DNA of 64,000 bases, from assembly GCF_009914755.1 (NCBI RefSeq), contig NC_060941.1. One strand, written 5' to 3'. The notes below the pieces were generated by a model. The model made no database searches. It was not told the DNA's origin and saw only the letters and a list, made by a program, of their open reading frames with translations. The position numbers and the translations under genes are program-made. Below, piece by piece: positions 1-14,867 of the stretch (within the stretch, counting starts at the first letter, position 1; each line of letters opens with the position of its first letter). Source of the stretch: the human T2T-CHM13v2.0 reference genome, Homo sapiens.

Positions 1-699
1 TGGGAGGCTGTGGCCAGGACACCCAACATCTGCTACCCTTAGCTCCCCGGAGCATGTGAGAAGTCAACTCTCCATTGCTCCCGAGAATCACCACCAGCAT
101 TTTATTGTGCTTAAGACACACATTGTCTTCTATGTGCATTTTCTGCAAACCTAAAAAGGGTTGTAAAGACTTATTAGAAAAGTGAAGTGTTTTCCCTCAA
201 AATATTTCTTTATGTAGAAATATGAGGAAATGGAGCCAGTGACCACAATAAATAGATTAATAAAAATCCTTTTCAAAATGTCCCCACCCATCATTTTCAG
301 TGGATAGAGGATATAGATGCTAACATGTACAGCCTTTATTTTCAATATGGTCTTTAAACCACCAGCAGTGGCTTCTCATGTTTGGCATAGGCTCGCCCCT
401 TAGATGCTTTTTGAAAGTGTCTACATATCCCTGGGTACCTCATGGACTATGGTGTGGCAGGGAAACCATCTGTAAAGTGCCCAAGTGGGCAGGGGCCAAA
501 TGGGGGTATGTGATGCCTGTTTTTGAGGGAAAATACTTCATTTCCCTAATGACAAGTCTCTAAAAGCCATTTTTCTTTCTTTCTTTCTTTCTTTTTTTTT
601 TTTTGGTTTGTAGAAAATGCACATAGAAGACATTTACCAATAAAAGCTGGTGGTGATTCTCAGGAGCAACAGAGAGAGTCGACTTCCTCTCACGTGCTC

Positions 700-985
700 C
701 AGGGAGCTAAGTGCAGCAGATGTTGCTGGTGTCCTGCCCACAGCCTCTCAGCCTCTACATTTCAGCACACACTGGCTTGGCTTCCAACTGCCAGCACTTA
801 TATATCTTCCCCTGATAGCTTTCTTGGGTTTTGGTAGTCTCTGCCCATGCAGGCAGAAGTGCTGAGAAATGACCACCCACCCTCACCCCTGAGCAGCCCT
901 CGACCAATGACTGAGGGAGTTGGTATATAAATACCCCAGCTCCCTCGCCCTCAGATGGTGTAACTCTGAGCTGTGTCTTTTATTC
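700..985 (+). mobile_element. LTR16-family (ERVL) solo LTR fragment
   Basis: Recalled LTR16 core 'gcagccctcgaccaatgactgagggagttggtatataaataccccagctccctcgccc...taactctgag'. Confidence 0.65.
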
Positions 986-2049
986 CTAGGCACCACCTCC
1001 AAACACACTCACAACTGAAAGTGTGATTCAATCCAGCCATCTTAATTCCATCAACATCTCTTGGAAGTTCTGGATCTTCTTGTCCCCAGTGAGTCCTGCT
1101 GCTCTATTTATCCCTAATGGCACTCTGGCAGCTGAACCAATCATACCCTACTCAAGCTCCTATTGCTTTGAGAGTTTTTAAGTCTCTCTAGGTTCCTAAC
1201 ATAGCATCGGAAAGGGATCTTGGTAATGAAGAAAATTAAGCTCATGGAGTCTCTATTGCACACAGATGCCACAAGAGAGTTGAGCTGAACTTCTTGAGAT
1301 CCATATTAATGAGTTGGCATCTGGGCAACGTGGAACCCAGAACAGTTGTATATCAGGTCTGCCTAAATGGTAGCCTGCATCCGTTATCAGATCCATTGAC
1401 CATTTCCATTTTGATTCCTAATTCTTGTCCTGGCTATGTAATTTGTGACATTTCAGAGCTAGAAAAAACCTTAAAGATCATTTAGCCAACTTGTTTTACT
1501 AGTAAGAATATTGCATTCTAGTGTAGTTAGGTAATTTACCGAGAGTTCAACAGCAGCTGAAGAACTGAGCCTGGGGGACAGAGCCAGACTTTTCCACTTC
1601 GCTGCAGCAGCATTTCTCATTGAATTTGGTAGAAGCAAATGTTTCGTTTCACAAAGTTTTTTATTTTTTAAATGCCTGCTTAAGGCAGTGCAAGGCACTG
1701 TAGGGGATTTGAAGAACAAGTGCCCTCATGGCTCTGAGCAATGCAAACGTGAAGAAACCATTACACAGTATAGCAGAGATATTTTATTTTAATATGTGGG
1801 TCCATGTGATAAACTGAGGCACTCACCCTGGCCCTCATGCCCTGATAAGCTTGCTGCCACAGGTGAGGAATCTATCCTTCCTAATCTGTGCTAGGACTCA
1901 GGGGTTCGCAGATGAGACAGGAGCTGACATCCATGTATGGTTAGGATAAGGGAGTAAACCGCCCCACTGTGCAGTCCCGTCTGCCTTGGCCAACCTGACT
2001 TTGCAAGCTGAGCCTGGTTGCCTGGCAAGAAGATGCCTGGCCTTGCTTC

Positions 2050-2235
2050 CATACACCTGCAGCCACATTCTGGTTGCACAGCCTCAGGCAGGTACTTAAT
2101 CCTTTTAAAATTCAATGTCTTCATCTCTAAAATACTATAAATAACAGCATCTACAGTGTTGGCTGGTGATGAAGACTAAATGAGGTAACACATGAAATTC
2201 TTAGTACTCAAAAAATCCTTCTTATTATTGTCATT
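2050..2235 (+). mobile_element. MIR fragment
   Basis: Degenerate MIR core 'cttcatctctaaaat...gaagactaaatgaggtaacacatgaaa'. Confidence 0.55.
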
Positions 2236-2279
2236 TTTACCCAGTTGCCACCTTCGCCCCCGGCCCTAAAATAGCTCGC

Positions 2280-2740
2280 ATTTCTCCATCTCTCCTATAG
2301 AGTTTTCCTATCATCACTTTCCCCCCAGCTTGCCACTCACTAACAATTTTCTCCCCATTCTCTTGCACTGTCTGCTTACGCTCTTTGCCTCTTGCTTCTG
2401 GCTCTCTTTCTCCCCCTATTCCTACTCCTCCCACTGGTCTCTATACCTTCTTACACCTCCTGTTCATTTCTCATTCCGTTTCCTATTTTCTCTGTTTTCT
2501 TGCAATTTATGTCTTTCATCCCAGCTCCCCAGTTCCCACCCCCAGCCATTTTCCTGTTCCCACGCTACCAGGAGGTTCTCTTTCTTCTCTGCTACTATTT
2601 CCTTCTCACATTTATCTTTCCTCCCCTCTCTTCCCCCTTTTGCATCCCCTAGCTGCCCCTTCCTAGGCCCCCCCTACTCTGCTGTCTCCCATCTTCCATG
2701 CCCAAGGAACTCAACCTCCATCCCTGACCTCTTCCCTTCG
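2280..2740. repeat. CT-rich low-complexity polypyrimidine tract
   Basis: About 460 bp dominated by C and T on the + strand, with no fixed unit. Confidence 0.7.
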
Positions 2741-2771
2741 TGGTTTTTATCCTGGAAGTGCACTTGCCCGC

Positions 2772-3270
2772 TGCAGTAGGCAGCCTCTTAGATGGCCACT
2801 GATGTGGTCCCCCCTCCTGGCTTTCATGTTCTCATGCCCCCATGGAATCCACTCCCCTTCAGTGTGGGCTGCACCTAGTGACTCGACAAATACAGCAAAA
2901 ATGATGGGATGTCACTTTTAGCTTAGATTTTAAAAGACTGCTGTTTCTGTCTTGGCTGCTTTTTGCCTCTGAGGAAAGCCAGCTGCCATGTTGTTGTAAA
3001 CTCTCTGACTGAGAGAGCAACAGAGCAAGGAACTGAAGTCTCCAGCCAACAGCCAGGGAGGATCTGAGGCCCACCAGCAGCCACAGGCACAGGGCTGGGA
3101 GCAGACCCTCCCCCAGAGGAGCCTTGGGATGCTGTGGCCCTTCCTACACCCAAGTCAGAGGCACCTAGCTAAGAGGCTCCTGGATTCCCGACCCACAGAA
3201 ACTGTGAGATAATAAATGTTTGCTGTTTTAAGCTGCTAAGTTTTGGGGTCATTTGTTGTGCAGTGATATT
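2772..3270 (+). mobile_element. MLT1-family MaLR solo LTR (MLT1F-like)
   Basis: Starts 'tgcagtaggcagcctcttagatggcc'; 3' motif 'gaaactgtgagataataaatgtttgctgttttaagctgctaagttttgggg'. Confidence 0.8.
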
Positions 3271-3285
3271 TAAAAGGCAGAATTG

Positions 3286-3583
3286 GGCCAGGCACGGTGG
3301 CTCACATTTGTAATCCCAGCACCTTGGGAGGCTGAGTTGGGCGGATCATGAGGTCAGGAGTTCGAGACCAGCCTGACCAATATGATGAAACCCTGTCTCT
3401 ACTAAAAATACAAAAAATTAGCTAGGCGTGGTGACAGGCACCTGTAATCGCAGCTACTCGGGAGGCTGAGGCAGGAGAATCACTTGAACCGGGAGGCAGA
3501 GGTTGCAGTGAGGTGAGATTGTGCCACTGCACTCCAGCCTGGGTGACAGCATGAGACTCCATCTCCAAAAATAAAAAATAAAA
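3286..3583 (+). mobile_element. AluS, full length
   Basis: Dimeric Alu with A tail; flanking repeat 'cagaattg'. Confidence 0.95.
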
Positions 3584-4379
3584 CACAGAATTGTCCTCTA
3601 TGGACCACCATTCAGCAACATTTTATCTTCTATGGCCTTGAGCAAATTACTGTCATTCTTTGGGCCCCCGTATCCTCATGACACCTAGGGTAGGAGTCTA
3701 GTGTCCCAAGTGTCCTATTCATAGCATAGGGTCGATAATGTTAAGGCGTATCTGTCCTGTTCTGTTTCCCATAGGAAGCCTAGTGAAACCTGTACTTCGT
3801 ATTTTAAGTTCCGTATCTTTATATTTGCCTCACATTTTTCACTCCTATTATCTGAAGTCTGTTTCTAATTTCTGACAGAATTGTAATGGCTTATTGTGTG
3901 CCTTGCTCTGCATGACATGCCAATTTCATTTTGGAGTCACGGCTATTGTCTTTTTCTCTGCTAATCTCTCTTGTTTTGCAAAACTCCAATAGAACGTGTG
4001 AACATAGAGAGTTGCCCTTGTGCCTGATCTTGGCTCTGTGTGGCCCCCAAACAGGGGTGGATGATAGACAGACAGCCTGTCTGCCACCCGAAGCATCTTT
4101 TCTTGCTTAAAAATTTGCTTTCCAGATTGCAGACTCCTTTCCAACTCCAGCAAAGCCTGGAACACATTAAATAAAAGCAGAGCTGAAATTGGATGGAATG
4201 TTTCAGCCACTTAGATTCAGACCTCTCTGGGGGAAGCCCATGGGGAAGGGACCGGGACATGCCCCCATGGATAACACAGGGGAAGAGGGCTTCTATGCTG
4301 TTCTCATACCATTCAAGCCTTAAACAGAGGCAACATATTTTTCTTAAGCAGGGCCTGTAACCCAGGATCCATCACTTAT

Positions 4380-4800
4380 GTATGGTGTCCATGGCAACCA
4401 GGCAATGGTATGGGATCCCTTCTCACTGGGGAATTCCTTTTATGGCTCATTTCCGAAACCAGCATGGCCAGTACAGGAGTCTGCCGTTTCCCAGTTGCTT
4501 AGCAACCAGCTCCTATGCTCTAGTCACTAGAAAAAGCCGACAGTTTTTTTTTTTTAAGAAAGTGTTTGTCATCAGAATCATATGTTACATTCTCTCTACT
4601 TTGTCTCTTTAGAATAAAATAATTAGTGTGTGATAAGGATGCAGAAAGGGCAACTGCTCCCTGTTGTTAAAGCCTCTGCTGTTCCTGGCGGGCTGTTTTA
4701 GGCAAGGAGAGAGAGAGGAAAATGTTAGCATGCTTTCGGTTGGTAATTAAGCAGCTCGAGCCATCTGCACGTGGAAAGCTCTACATTTTTAACGTCTCGT
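4380..4800. promoter_or_regulatory. Candidate enhancer with two RFX X-boxes and a kappaB site
   Basis: GTGTCCATGGCAAC 4385-4398, GGGGAATTCC 4428-4437, GTTGCTTAGCAAC 4494-4506, plus TGATAAG and CACGTG nearby, in non-repeat DNA. Motif evidence only. Confidence 0.4.
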
Positions 4801-5005
4801 GGGGGCATCAAGTAAGTACAGGGCCAGCAATCTGTGTGCTACATCCCTTCCCAAACCAGAAAATCCAGACTCCACCCACAGGTGTCATCTCTCCTCGGCT
4901 TCCATTCCTTAGGGGGTTGGGGAGGCCGGGATGGGGTGAATTGGCTTGTTGAGTTTTAGGTACAAGGGCACAAAGATCATGCAGCACCCCCTCTACTGTT
5001 ACAGC

Positions 5006-5230
5006 AGTGGTTTTCAACTAGAGGTGATTTTGCCCCCCAGGTGACCTTTGGCAAGGCCTGCAGACATTTTTGGTTGTCACAACTGATGGGGAGGGGGATG
5101 TTACCAATATCTGTCTAGTGGGCAGAGACCCGGGGATGTTGCTAAACATCCTACAATGCAAAGTGTGGCCTCCAACAACAGAGAAGTGTCTTGCCCCTGA
5201 TGTCAATATCCCAAAGTGGAGAAATCCCAA
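5006..5230 (+). mobile_element. MER20 (hAT-Charlie)
   Basis: 'cagtggttttcaactagaggtgattttgcccccca...gatgttgctaaacatcctacaatgca' matches recalled MER20. Confidence 0.9.
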
Positions 5231-5519
5231 GTTAGAGAAATCAGAATATCTGTCTTGTTAAAAAAAAAAAAAAAAAAAAGCTAGCATGACAGCTGACGAG
5301 AAAAAATTTTCACAAGGTAAAGGGTGGGACAGATCAAAACCCATTCAACAGATATCATTCCAACCGAAATTTCTGTATAGCAAGGAACTCCTGGGCCCCC
5401 ACCAGCAAAAGTGTTGGGCAGAGCACCCTTTGGAGTTGTGGCAATGGAAGGAATTTGTAAGCCGACCTTCCTAGAAGGAAGGAGAGCAGAGTTGGAATGC
5501 TCTGTCCTGGCTTCCAAGG

Positions 5520-5715
5520 GACTTTGGCATGAGACAGATCCAGCTTCACATTCTGGGTCTGCTGTCTATGCACTATGGGTTCTTAGGTATTTCACATAAT
5601 CTCTCTGGGACTCGGTCTTCTCAACTCTAGAATGGGAATCTAAGTGAGTATTATGAGAATTACATGGCGGAACGTGTGAAATGCCTGACCCCTATTGGGC
5701 CCTGGATATTAGCTC
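5520..5715 (+). mobile_element. MIR
   Basis: Degenerate MIR body and 3' end. Confidence 0.5.
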
Positions 5716-5979
5716 CTCCCATTTCCCCTCTTGTTTCAGCCTCAGGAACCCAGCTGCCCCCTCTCCATTGCTGGGTACTTTGGACTTTTGAGGAATATGA
5801 ACAAATGTACTGGTCCTATAAATGACTGAGGTCAGTTTATTCAGCAACGAGCAAAGGACAAAAGCACCATTTTTGGAATTTTGGCTGGTAGCCTTAGACT
5901 AAATTTAGGCATGAGGGACAGAAAAACCCAAGAAACGGGTGAGATGAGAGGCAGTATTGCATTGATCAAAAGTATGGCA

Positions 5980-6573
<594 letters not shown>

Positions 6574-6574
6574 A

Positions 6575-7388
<814 letters not shown>

Positions 7389-7689
7389 TGCTTGTTTTTT
7401 TTTTAAGTAAAACTGTCGTGCGTCGTCCAACCCCACATCTTCACTGGTGCTGACAGTGAGGCTAAGGGCTGTGTATTAGGAAGAATGTCCTCCCTTATCC
7501 CATCTAAAACAGATTTCCCTCAGTATGATATGCTAGTGCCAGCCATCACAACGTTATGTAAGTAATTTTTGAAGCTATTTCTGTTTTTAGCCTATTCTAC
7601 CTCTTGGGGGGTAATGAGTTCCATACATTTAGCAACCATTTTTAACTTGCTTGAAATCTTGAGAAAATCTCAAGAAACCTCTTCTTTAA

Positions 7690-8090
7690 AAAAATTGTTT
7701 AAATTGACAAATAGTAGTTGTTCGTATTCATGGGGTAGCTAGTGATGTTTTGATACACATGATGTATAATGATCAGATCAGGGTAATTAACATATTCATA
7801 ATCTCAAACATTTATCATTTCTCTATGTTGGTAACATTCAGTATCCTCCCTCTCCCTATTTGAAACTGTATAATATATTATTGTTAACTATAGCCATCTT
7901 ACAATGATGTAGAACAATAGAACTTACTCCTCCTACCTAGCTGTAATTTTGTATCCTTTATCAAATCTCTCCCTACCCCTCCCTTCCTCCTCCCCTTCCT
8001 GTCCTCTAGTATTCTCTGTTCTACTTTTTACTTCTGTGAGATCAACTTTTTTTTAGCTTCCACATATGAGTGAGACCATGCAGCGTCTTC
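7690..8090 (-). mobile_element. L1MA-type 3' end
   Basis: 'gatcagatcagggtaatt...atctcaaacatttatcatttc...ttagcttccacatatgagtgaga'. Confidence 0.85.
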
Positions 8091-8223
8091 ATTCTAATAA
8101 GCTGGGGTTTGGTCTATTTTCACATTATCTGTACTTTTCATAATTCTTGAAACTGCAGTATATCCTGTCAACCTCCAGCCTTCACCCTGACCTCATACAG
8201 AAGCCCCTCCAGCCCCTTAATCA

Positions 8224-8530
<307 letters not shown>

Positions 8531-8775
8531 TTACTTTTTCTAACAATTTCCCAAACTTGGTTCGCCTTTGGGCGCCAGAGCACTTTCCTGAGCACTCTGC
8601 AATGAGTCCCAAGTCCCTTTCCTGGGTCACAATCGTTGGTTCATAGTGGCAGCAGCTCGTCCTCTATAGTTTGTACTTTTTCTCCTTGTCACTCTTATTT
8701 CCCACTGAAGTATATCTGCCAAAGTTGTGCCCACTCACCCAACCTCATTGCACCTCACCAGTTGGCTTCTGTCTG

Positions 8776-9096
8776 TATTTTTTTGTTTGTTTTTTGTTTT
8801 TCGTTTTTTTTTAGACAGAGTCTCACTCACTTGGTCGTCCAGGCTGAAGTGCAGTGGCACGATCTCGGCTCACTGCAACCTCTGCTTCCTGGGTTCAGGT
8901 GAGTCTCCTGACTCAGCCTCCCGAGTAGCTGTCATTACAGCTGTGCACCACCATGCCCAGCTAATTTCTGTATTTTTAATAGAGACGGGGTTTCACCATG
9001 TTGGCCAGGCTGGTCTCGAACTCCTGACCTCAAATGATCCACCTGCCTCGGGCCCCCAAAGTGCTGGGATTACAGGTGTGAGCCACTGCGCCTGGC
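8776..9096 (-). mobile_element. AluS
   Basis: Full antisense dimer. Confidence 0.95.
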
Positions 9097-11339
9097 CTCA
9101 CAGTCGGCTTCTTGTTGAACAGACATCTAAAAGCCTAGAGATTACACTCCTAAATTGTTGTGTGATCCCACCCGATTTTACCCAGTTGACTGAAGCTCTT
9201 TGGAAGTGCGGCTCTAAATATGTCATTGCTAAAATTTTTTCCTTCCACAGGGGATAATTAAATCATGTCAAATATAGAAGCGACTTGCTCATCCCTCCCA
9301 AGCAGATTTATGGAAACTCACCTGGAAACCACCACAACCTGGAAAGGTGGCAGGAGGATGTTTATCAGGCACGTATGAGCCCAGCTTCTCAGAAGATAGA
9401 CACAGGTGCCTTTGTCTCTGAACAAGTGGCAGGAGCTGGAGCCACAGTCACACTGGGGTTCTGAGTGGCTTGAGACGGGACATTGTGAGGTTTACCAGGA
9501 GGACCAAAAGCACTCAAAGTATGTGGAGGTCAGAGCAGTGGCAAAGAAGGAGTCCAGGCGGGCTGGGGAGGGGTCAAGGGGCATCAGGCAGCACGTCTGG
9601 GAGCCAGGATGACAGATGGGAGATTCAAAACAGGGCACCACTAGAAGCCTGAAAGGAAGGCAAGGTTTTATCAGGGTAGGAACTGAGCTCTGGAGAAAGA
9701 ACAGGACAACTGGCCATGGCTGAAAAGGGGGCACAGGGTCAGCAAGTTGAAGACAGATCCTTATGATAATGAACCAGGGTGGAAACAGGAAAAGAGGGTT
9801 TGATGCTTTCTTTGGGGCAAACGATTCTCTCCCTATTCCTGCAACAATAGCGCAGGTTCCTAGATCAGTCATTTGGTCCATTAGCAGCTAATGCTGGTTG
9901 TGGGTATCACACCAGTAGATGGCCATCACCTTCATAAAGCTCCTGCACAATGCTCAGCTCGTGAGTGCTCCAAGGAAAACATTTCTGTGGTGACTGTGTT
10001 TGGGATTTTTGCAAACTACAGGTCCTTCTTGGGGATTCACAGTGTACATTAGCTCTGAATGTGTACAGCGTGCATTTTAAACACTCTGCCAACTCCTGAG
10101 GTATAGAAATCTGTTTCATTGTTTTTAATTTAATGTTTCTCAAATGTAGTTGACACCCGGGTCCAACAGGATCCTTTTGCTATATAACAACCCTGAACAT
10201 TCTGTGGACACACCTTGAGAAACATTGTTCTAGAACATTCCTAATCTGGTGTTCCCAGGCCCTTCACAGCCTGGGCCTGCCCTTGTTTCCCAACTTTTCC
10301 TTCCTTTATTTTCTGACATTCCAGCCACATTAAGCTCTTCCCTTGCACACGCTCCTGTTGCACATTTCCTTCTTTCTTGCTATAGCAGGTGATTCATCAT
10401 CTGCCCAAAAATGGGAAAAAAGCTGAGCCCTGCTCACTTCACCTCACTGTCACCCTCATGTCTGTCTATCTTTTGAGACCCACCTCAAAAGGAGCCCTGG
10501 ATTCATTCTCTGCCCCATCTCTGCTCCTGCCTTCCTGTTCCTATAAATAATCCTTTGCCGCCTCTGATCCCTTCTGTCCTGGTATCTGTTACTGTCAGGG
10601 CACTTCACATGTTTTACTTTGTATAAGGCCATTTATGCCTTTTTTATTCAAACAGAATCCACGTCTCACTTTTGTACCCACCCCCCTACCAACAGAACAC
10701 AGCATATTTGTAGGATTGTTAGTGGGAGCAGAAAATATGATGCCAAAACTTCTGAGGTTGGGGTAAGTTCTCTTCTCAACATTCAGGCCAGAGTTGGCAA
10801 ATACCTGGCTCACCTGCTGCCAACCTGTACTCTCTCACTAATGGCACAGACTCATCAGAGAAGGCCCCAGGAGCTTCTCAACACAGTGCTCCCAGCAGTC
10901 ATGATCAATGGGTTAGAAAAGGCATGAGAGAGGAAATCTGTTATCCCTGATTTAGACCTTTTGCCAAAGTGAAAGTTAGGAGAATTTAGTAAGCTGAATG
11001 TGGGAGCTGTTAATGCTACAGACCAATGACTGTCCTCTAACAGAACAGAGCAATTAGCAAAAGTATTCATTATACTTTCATGTTCATGTCTAGTCTCAAG
11101 GCTAATTATTTGTATAATTAAGATGTTACCAAATGCAAACAATTGATGAGCCTGATTTCTTGGAATGAAACATGAGACTTATGAAATGTAAATAGCTGTG
11201 AATCACTAACAGCTTTCCTTTACTTAGGCATTCTACCAAGGCATAGCCCTGTTACATTAAAGAAACAATGGAAGTATAATCCCATTCATATTTTTTAGAT
11301 GACAAAACAATATGACGTATGAATTTAAATCATAGAAAA

Positions 11340-11555
11340 AGCACAGGTTTTAATTCTCACTCCACCATTTTCTAGCTGTGTGCCCTTGGCTGTGTTACAT
11401 AAGCTCAATTTACTCGTGTTACTTACAGAGAGATGTCAGTTTCCACATTCAGAAAATGGGTGTAATAGCCCCTAGTTCAGAGGACTGCTGTGACAATCAA
11501 ATGAGTTAACATGTGGAAAGAGTGCACAATCAATGTGAGCCATTGTTTTCATTAT
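11340..11555 (+). mobile_element. MIR
   Basis: 'ctagctgtgtgcccttgg...gaggactgctgtgacaatcaaatgagttaac'. Confidence 0.7.
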
Positions 11556-11775
11556 TCTACTTGTATCTACAGATTATACTTTGACAATGATCGCTTGGAT
11601 TTTTTACAGTATGTAAAAAACATTAGAGAGAAATGGAATGTATATAGATGTCTCGCTATAACACCATCTGTGTGTTACTGAAAAGCTTCCATGGTCTAAA
11701 AATGGCCACAAGCCCCAAAATAACAGGGTTGGTGGGGAAAAAAAAATAGGGTTGGGACAGTCTACTCAAAACCTG

Positions 11776-11886
11776 GCTGGGTGCAGTGGCTTACGCCTAT
11801 AATCCCAGCACCTTGGGAGGGTGAGGCCAGAAGATTTCTTGGGCCCAGGAGTTCAAGACCAGCCTGGGCAACATCATGAGACCCTG

Positions 11887-11945
<59 letters not shown>

Positions 11946-12146
11946 ACACACAATTAGCCAGGCATGGTGGCACACACTTGCAGTCCCAGCTACCCAGGAG
12001 GCTAAGGCAGGAAGATTGCTTGAGCCAGGGGAGGTTGAGGCTGCAGTGAGCTGTGATTACACTACTACGCTTCAGCCTGGATGACAGAGCAAGGCCCTGT
12101 CTCAAAAACAAAACAAAATGAAAAACAAAAACAACAACAAAAAAAC
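11776..12146 (+). mobile_element. AluJ with a (CA)n microsatellite in its linker
   Basis: AluJ diagnostics; linker replaced by a CA repeat. Confidence 0.95.
11890..11952. repeat. (CA)n microsatellite, about 30 units with one interruption
   Basis: Seen directly. Confidence 0.97.
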
Positions 12147-12699
12147 TATGCAATTGTAACCAGAGCACTCACAAAAACAATGTCAAAACTAATGAAACAT
12201 TACCCCAGTAAGCCTCAGCTTTCACAAACATTTGCACACCGCATCCCAGCCTTGAACCCTAGGGCTCCTCCTGCTGCTTTGAGATATAGGCCCTGGAGGG
12301 CATTTGCTTCTAATAGGGACCAGTTTTATCAAAATTAAACATTTGATTTAAAGAGCGGTGTTCTTCGCTAACCCATCCTTCTAATACAAAGAGAAACGTT
12401 TTCACTGCTTCTTCAACAGCACCCTCAGTTTTTCCAGAAACTTGACAAGAGAACAGCATAGTGGTTCCCAAGTCACTAAATCAGTCAGTCCCTGCAGCTA
12501 AAGAAGGCAGCTGTGTGTATTCTCAGCTTTTTCTTAAGGCCTCCATAGAGTGCTAAGGTTTCCTCTTATTAAAGAGGTAGTTATTGTGAGAAAGCTGGCT
12601 CCTGGCTTCAAAACATTTACATGCTGGGGGAAAAAAGTGCATAGGAACCCACATGACATCTGTGTTATACCAATTCCCCTGTTTACTCATGGCTTGTGA

Positions 12700-13140
12700 G
12701 GTCGCTCATATATAAGAAACATTTGTAGCAACAACAGTTTATATTGAATATCTCCAATCTGCTAGTTGATGTGGTAAGAACTAAATAGAAGCCATGTGAT
12801 TTAATCTGCACATTAGTCGAGTGTGGTAGAGGTAAGGTATCCTTACCTTTGAGGCTTAGAGACATTAAATAACTTGCCTGAGATTACAAGTTTTTAAGTA
12901 GTAAAGCCAAAATTCCTACCTGGAATCTAACGTCAAACCTCATGCCTTTTGAGATCACACTATCCCTACTAAGGATGGCTGGAGGCAGGAAAGAAGACCG
13001 ACATCCCTGGCCATGGTAATGAGTGAAAGCCTGATTCCTAACCACAAGTCACTAACATTTAATTGCATTTAATCCTCACAACAACCCTGCTACACAGTTA
13101 TTATTACCACCAATTTATCGATGAGGAAACTGAAGCTCAT
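12700..13140 (-). mobile_element. Two antisense MIR fragments
   Basis: 'gaggcttagagacattaaataacttgcctgagattaca' and 'atttaatcctcacaacaaccctg...gatgaggaaactgaagctca'. Confidence 0.75.
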
Positions 13141-13144
13141 TCAT

Positions 13145-13970
13145 CAAAAGACAAGCCACCCAATTTTTAAAAATAGACTGAAGATTTGAAGGAAGAAACG
13201 TCCATTAGAAAACATGCAAATCAAAATCACAGTAAGATGGCACTTGACACCCACTAGACGGGTGGTGATTATAATAAAAAAGACATAATAACAAGTGTCG
13301 GTAGTTGGTGATGATGTGGAGAAATTGGAACCCTCGTACACTGCTGGTAGGAATGTAAAATGGTGCAGCCACTTTGGAAAACAATCTTTCAGTTCCTCAA
13401 ACAACTAAACAGAGTTATCATATGATCCAGCAATTCTGCTCTAGATATATACACAGAGAAATGATAACATATCTACACACAAAAAGGTACATGAACATTA
13501 ATAGCAGCATTATCCATAAAACCAAGTGGAAACCAAAATTTCCATCGACTGATGAATGGATAAATAAAATTATATCTGTTTAATTAAATATTTGGCAAGA
13601 AAGAAATTAAATGCTGATACATACTACAATCTGGATGAACCTTGGAAACTTTATGCTAAATGAAAGAAGCCAGCCACAAAGGACCACATATTGTACGATT
13701 CTATTTTTTGAAATGTCCAGAATGGGCAAGTATATAGAGACAGAAAATAGAATTGTGGTTGCTTAGGGGTGAGGATGATGAAGGGTTTGTGGGGCAATGG
13801 CTACGGAGTACAGGGTTTCTTTTGGAGTGATGAAAATGTTCCAACGTTGATTGTAATAATGGATATACAACTCTGTGAATATACCAAAAGCCTTCGAAGT
13901 GTACACTTTAAATGGGTGAATTGTGTGGTAATTGAATTATATCTCAATAAAGCTGTTTTTAAAAAAAAAA
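13145..13970 (+). mobile_element. L1MB-type 3' portion (end of ORF2 plus 3' UTR)
   Basis: 'gatgtggagaaattggaaccctcgtacactgctggtaggaatgtaaaatggtgcagccactttggaaaac'; ends 'ctcaataaagctgtttttaaaaaaaaaa'. Confidence 0.9.
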
Positions 13971-14156
13971 TCTTTAAAAGATTTGAACAGGCACTTCCAA
14001 AAGGAAGCCATCCAGATGGCCATAAGGATATTTTTTTAAAGTGTTCAACATCATTAATTATCAGGGAAACACAAATTAGAACCACAGCAGGCTATCTCTA
14101 CACAACTACTAGGATGGCTAAAATTACAAACACAAAATTTTGGCAAGGATATGGAG

Positions 14157-14637
14157 TGAAAGAGTTAAAAATATATTACCCTGGCATATTAACTATTTAA
14201 GCTAAAGGCACTTGAAAAATAGCAGATGCAAAAAAGAAAAAAAATCACTTTGACCTTCATGCTGTTTCTTAAAAGCAGAAGATGAAATTCCTGTGTGAAG
14301 ATGCCCTCCCTATTCTAGGAGAAGAGGCAACAGCCTTATCTTCAAGGACAAGAAGTAGAGACCAAGAGAATTCTGTACAGACCTTGTCAAAATAACTCTT
14401 ATCATTTAACCCTCCCCACATAATTTAGTTGCTTCTTCACAACTAACTATTGTCCAGTTCAGTAGATAAGTAACTGACTCTAACTTCTTCCTCAGGTCTT
14501 TGTTTCTTTCTGAGGACTCTTGTGCCACATAAAACTTTTATTATGCCTTTCTCCTCTTTATCCATCTTAAGTCAGTTTAATTCTCAGACCCAACAGGGAC
14601 CCTAAGAGGATGGGGGTAGAGATTTTCTGCTCCTGCA
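14157..14637 (+). mobile_element. ERV1-class solo LTR (MER34-like)
   Basis: TG...CA ends; 'ggcatattaactatttaagctaaaggcacttgaaaaatagcagatgca'; 4-bp flanks ggag/gaag; splits the L1. Confidence 0.65.
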
Positions 14638-14867
14638 GAAGCAACTGGAACTCTCATACATTGTTGATAGAAGTGTGAAATGGTACAACCACTTTGGAAA
14701 ACAGTAGTAGTTTCTCATAAATTTGAACGTGCACCTGCCCTATGGCCTTAGTTTCCAATTCCACACCTAGGTATTTGCCCAACAGAAATGAAAGTGGATG
14801 TCCACAAAAGTCTTGCACAAGGATATTTATAGCAGCTTTATTCCTAATAGCCAAGAGCTGGAACCAG

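Noticed and set aside
2330-2779. Overlapping ORFs in all three + strand frames
   Set aside because: Stop codons are scarce in a C/T-rich tract
8727-9257. 176-aa ORF and the many similar ORFs containing LECSG, SASRVAG or [15 protein letters not shown]
   Set aside because: Standard translations of antisense Alu sequence
9322-9648. Possible 327-nt minus-strand exon (ccttgccttcctttcag| ... CAG|GTGAGT)
   Set aside because: Long for an internal exon, such splice-like pairs are expected by chance in 64 kb, and there is no other support
12830-12848. AGGTAAGG-tat-CCTTACCT palindrome resembling back-to-back splice donors
   Set aside because: Arms are only 8 bp and lie within a MIR remnant; expected by chance
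13769-14200. 143-aa ORF with an L1 ORF2p-like C-terminal motif
   Set aside because: Chimeric frame across an L1 3' UTR, a decayed ORF2 fragment and an LTR; not a gene
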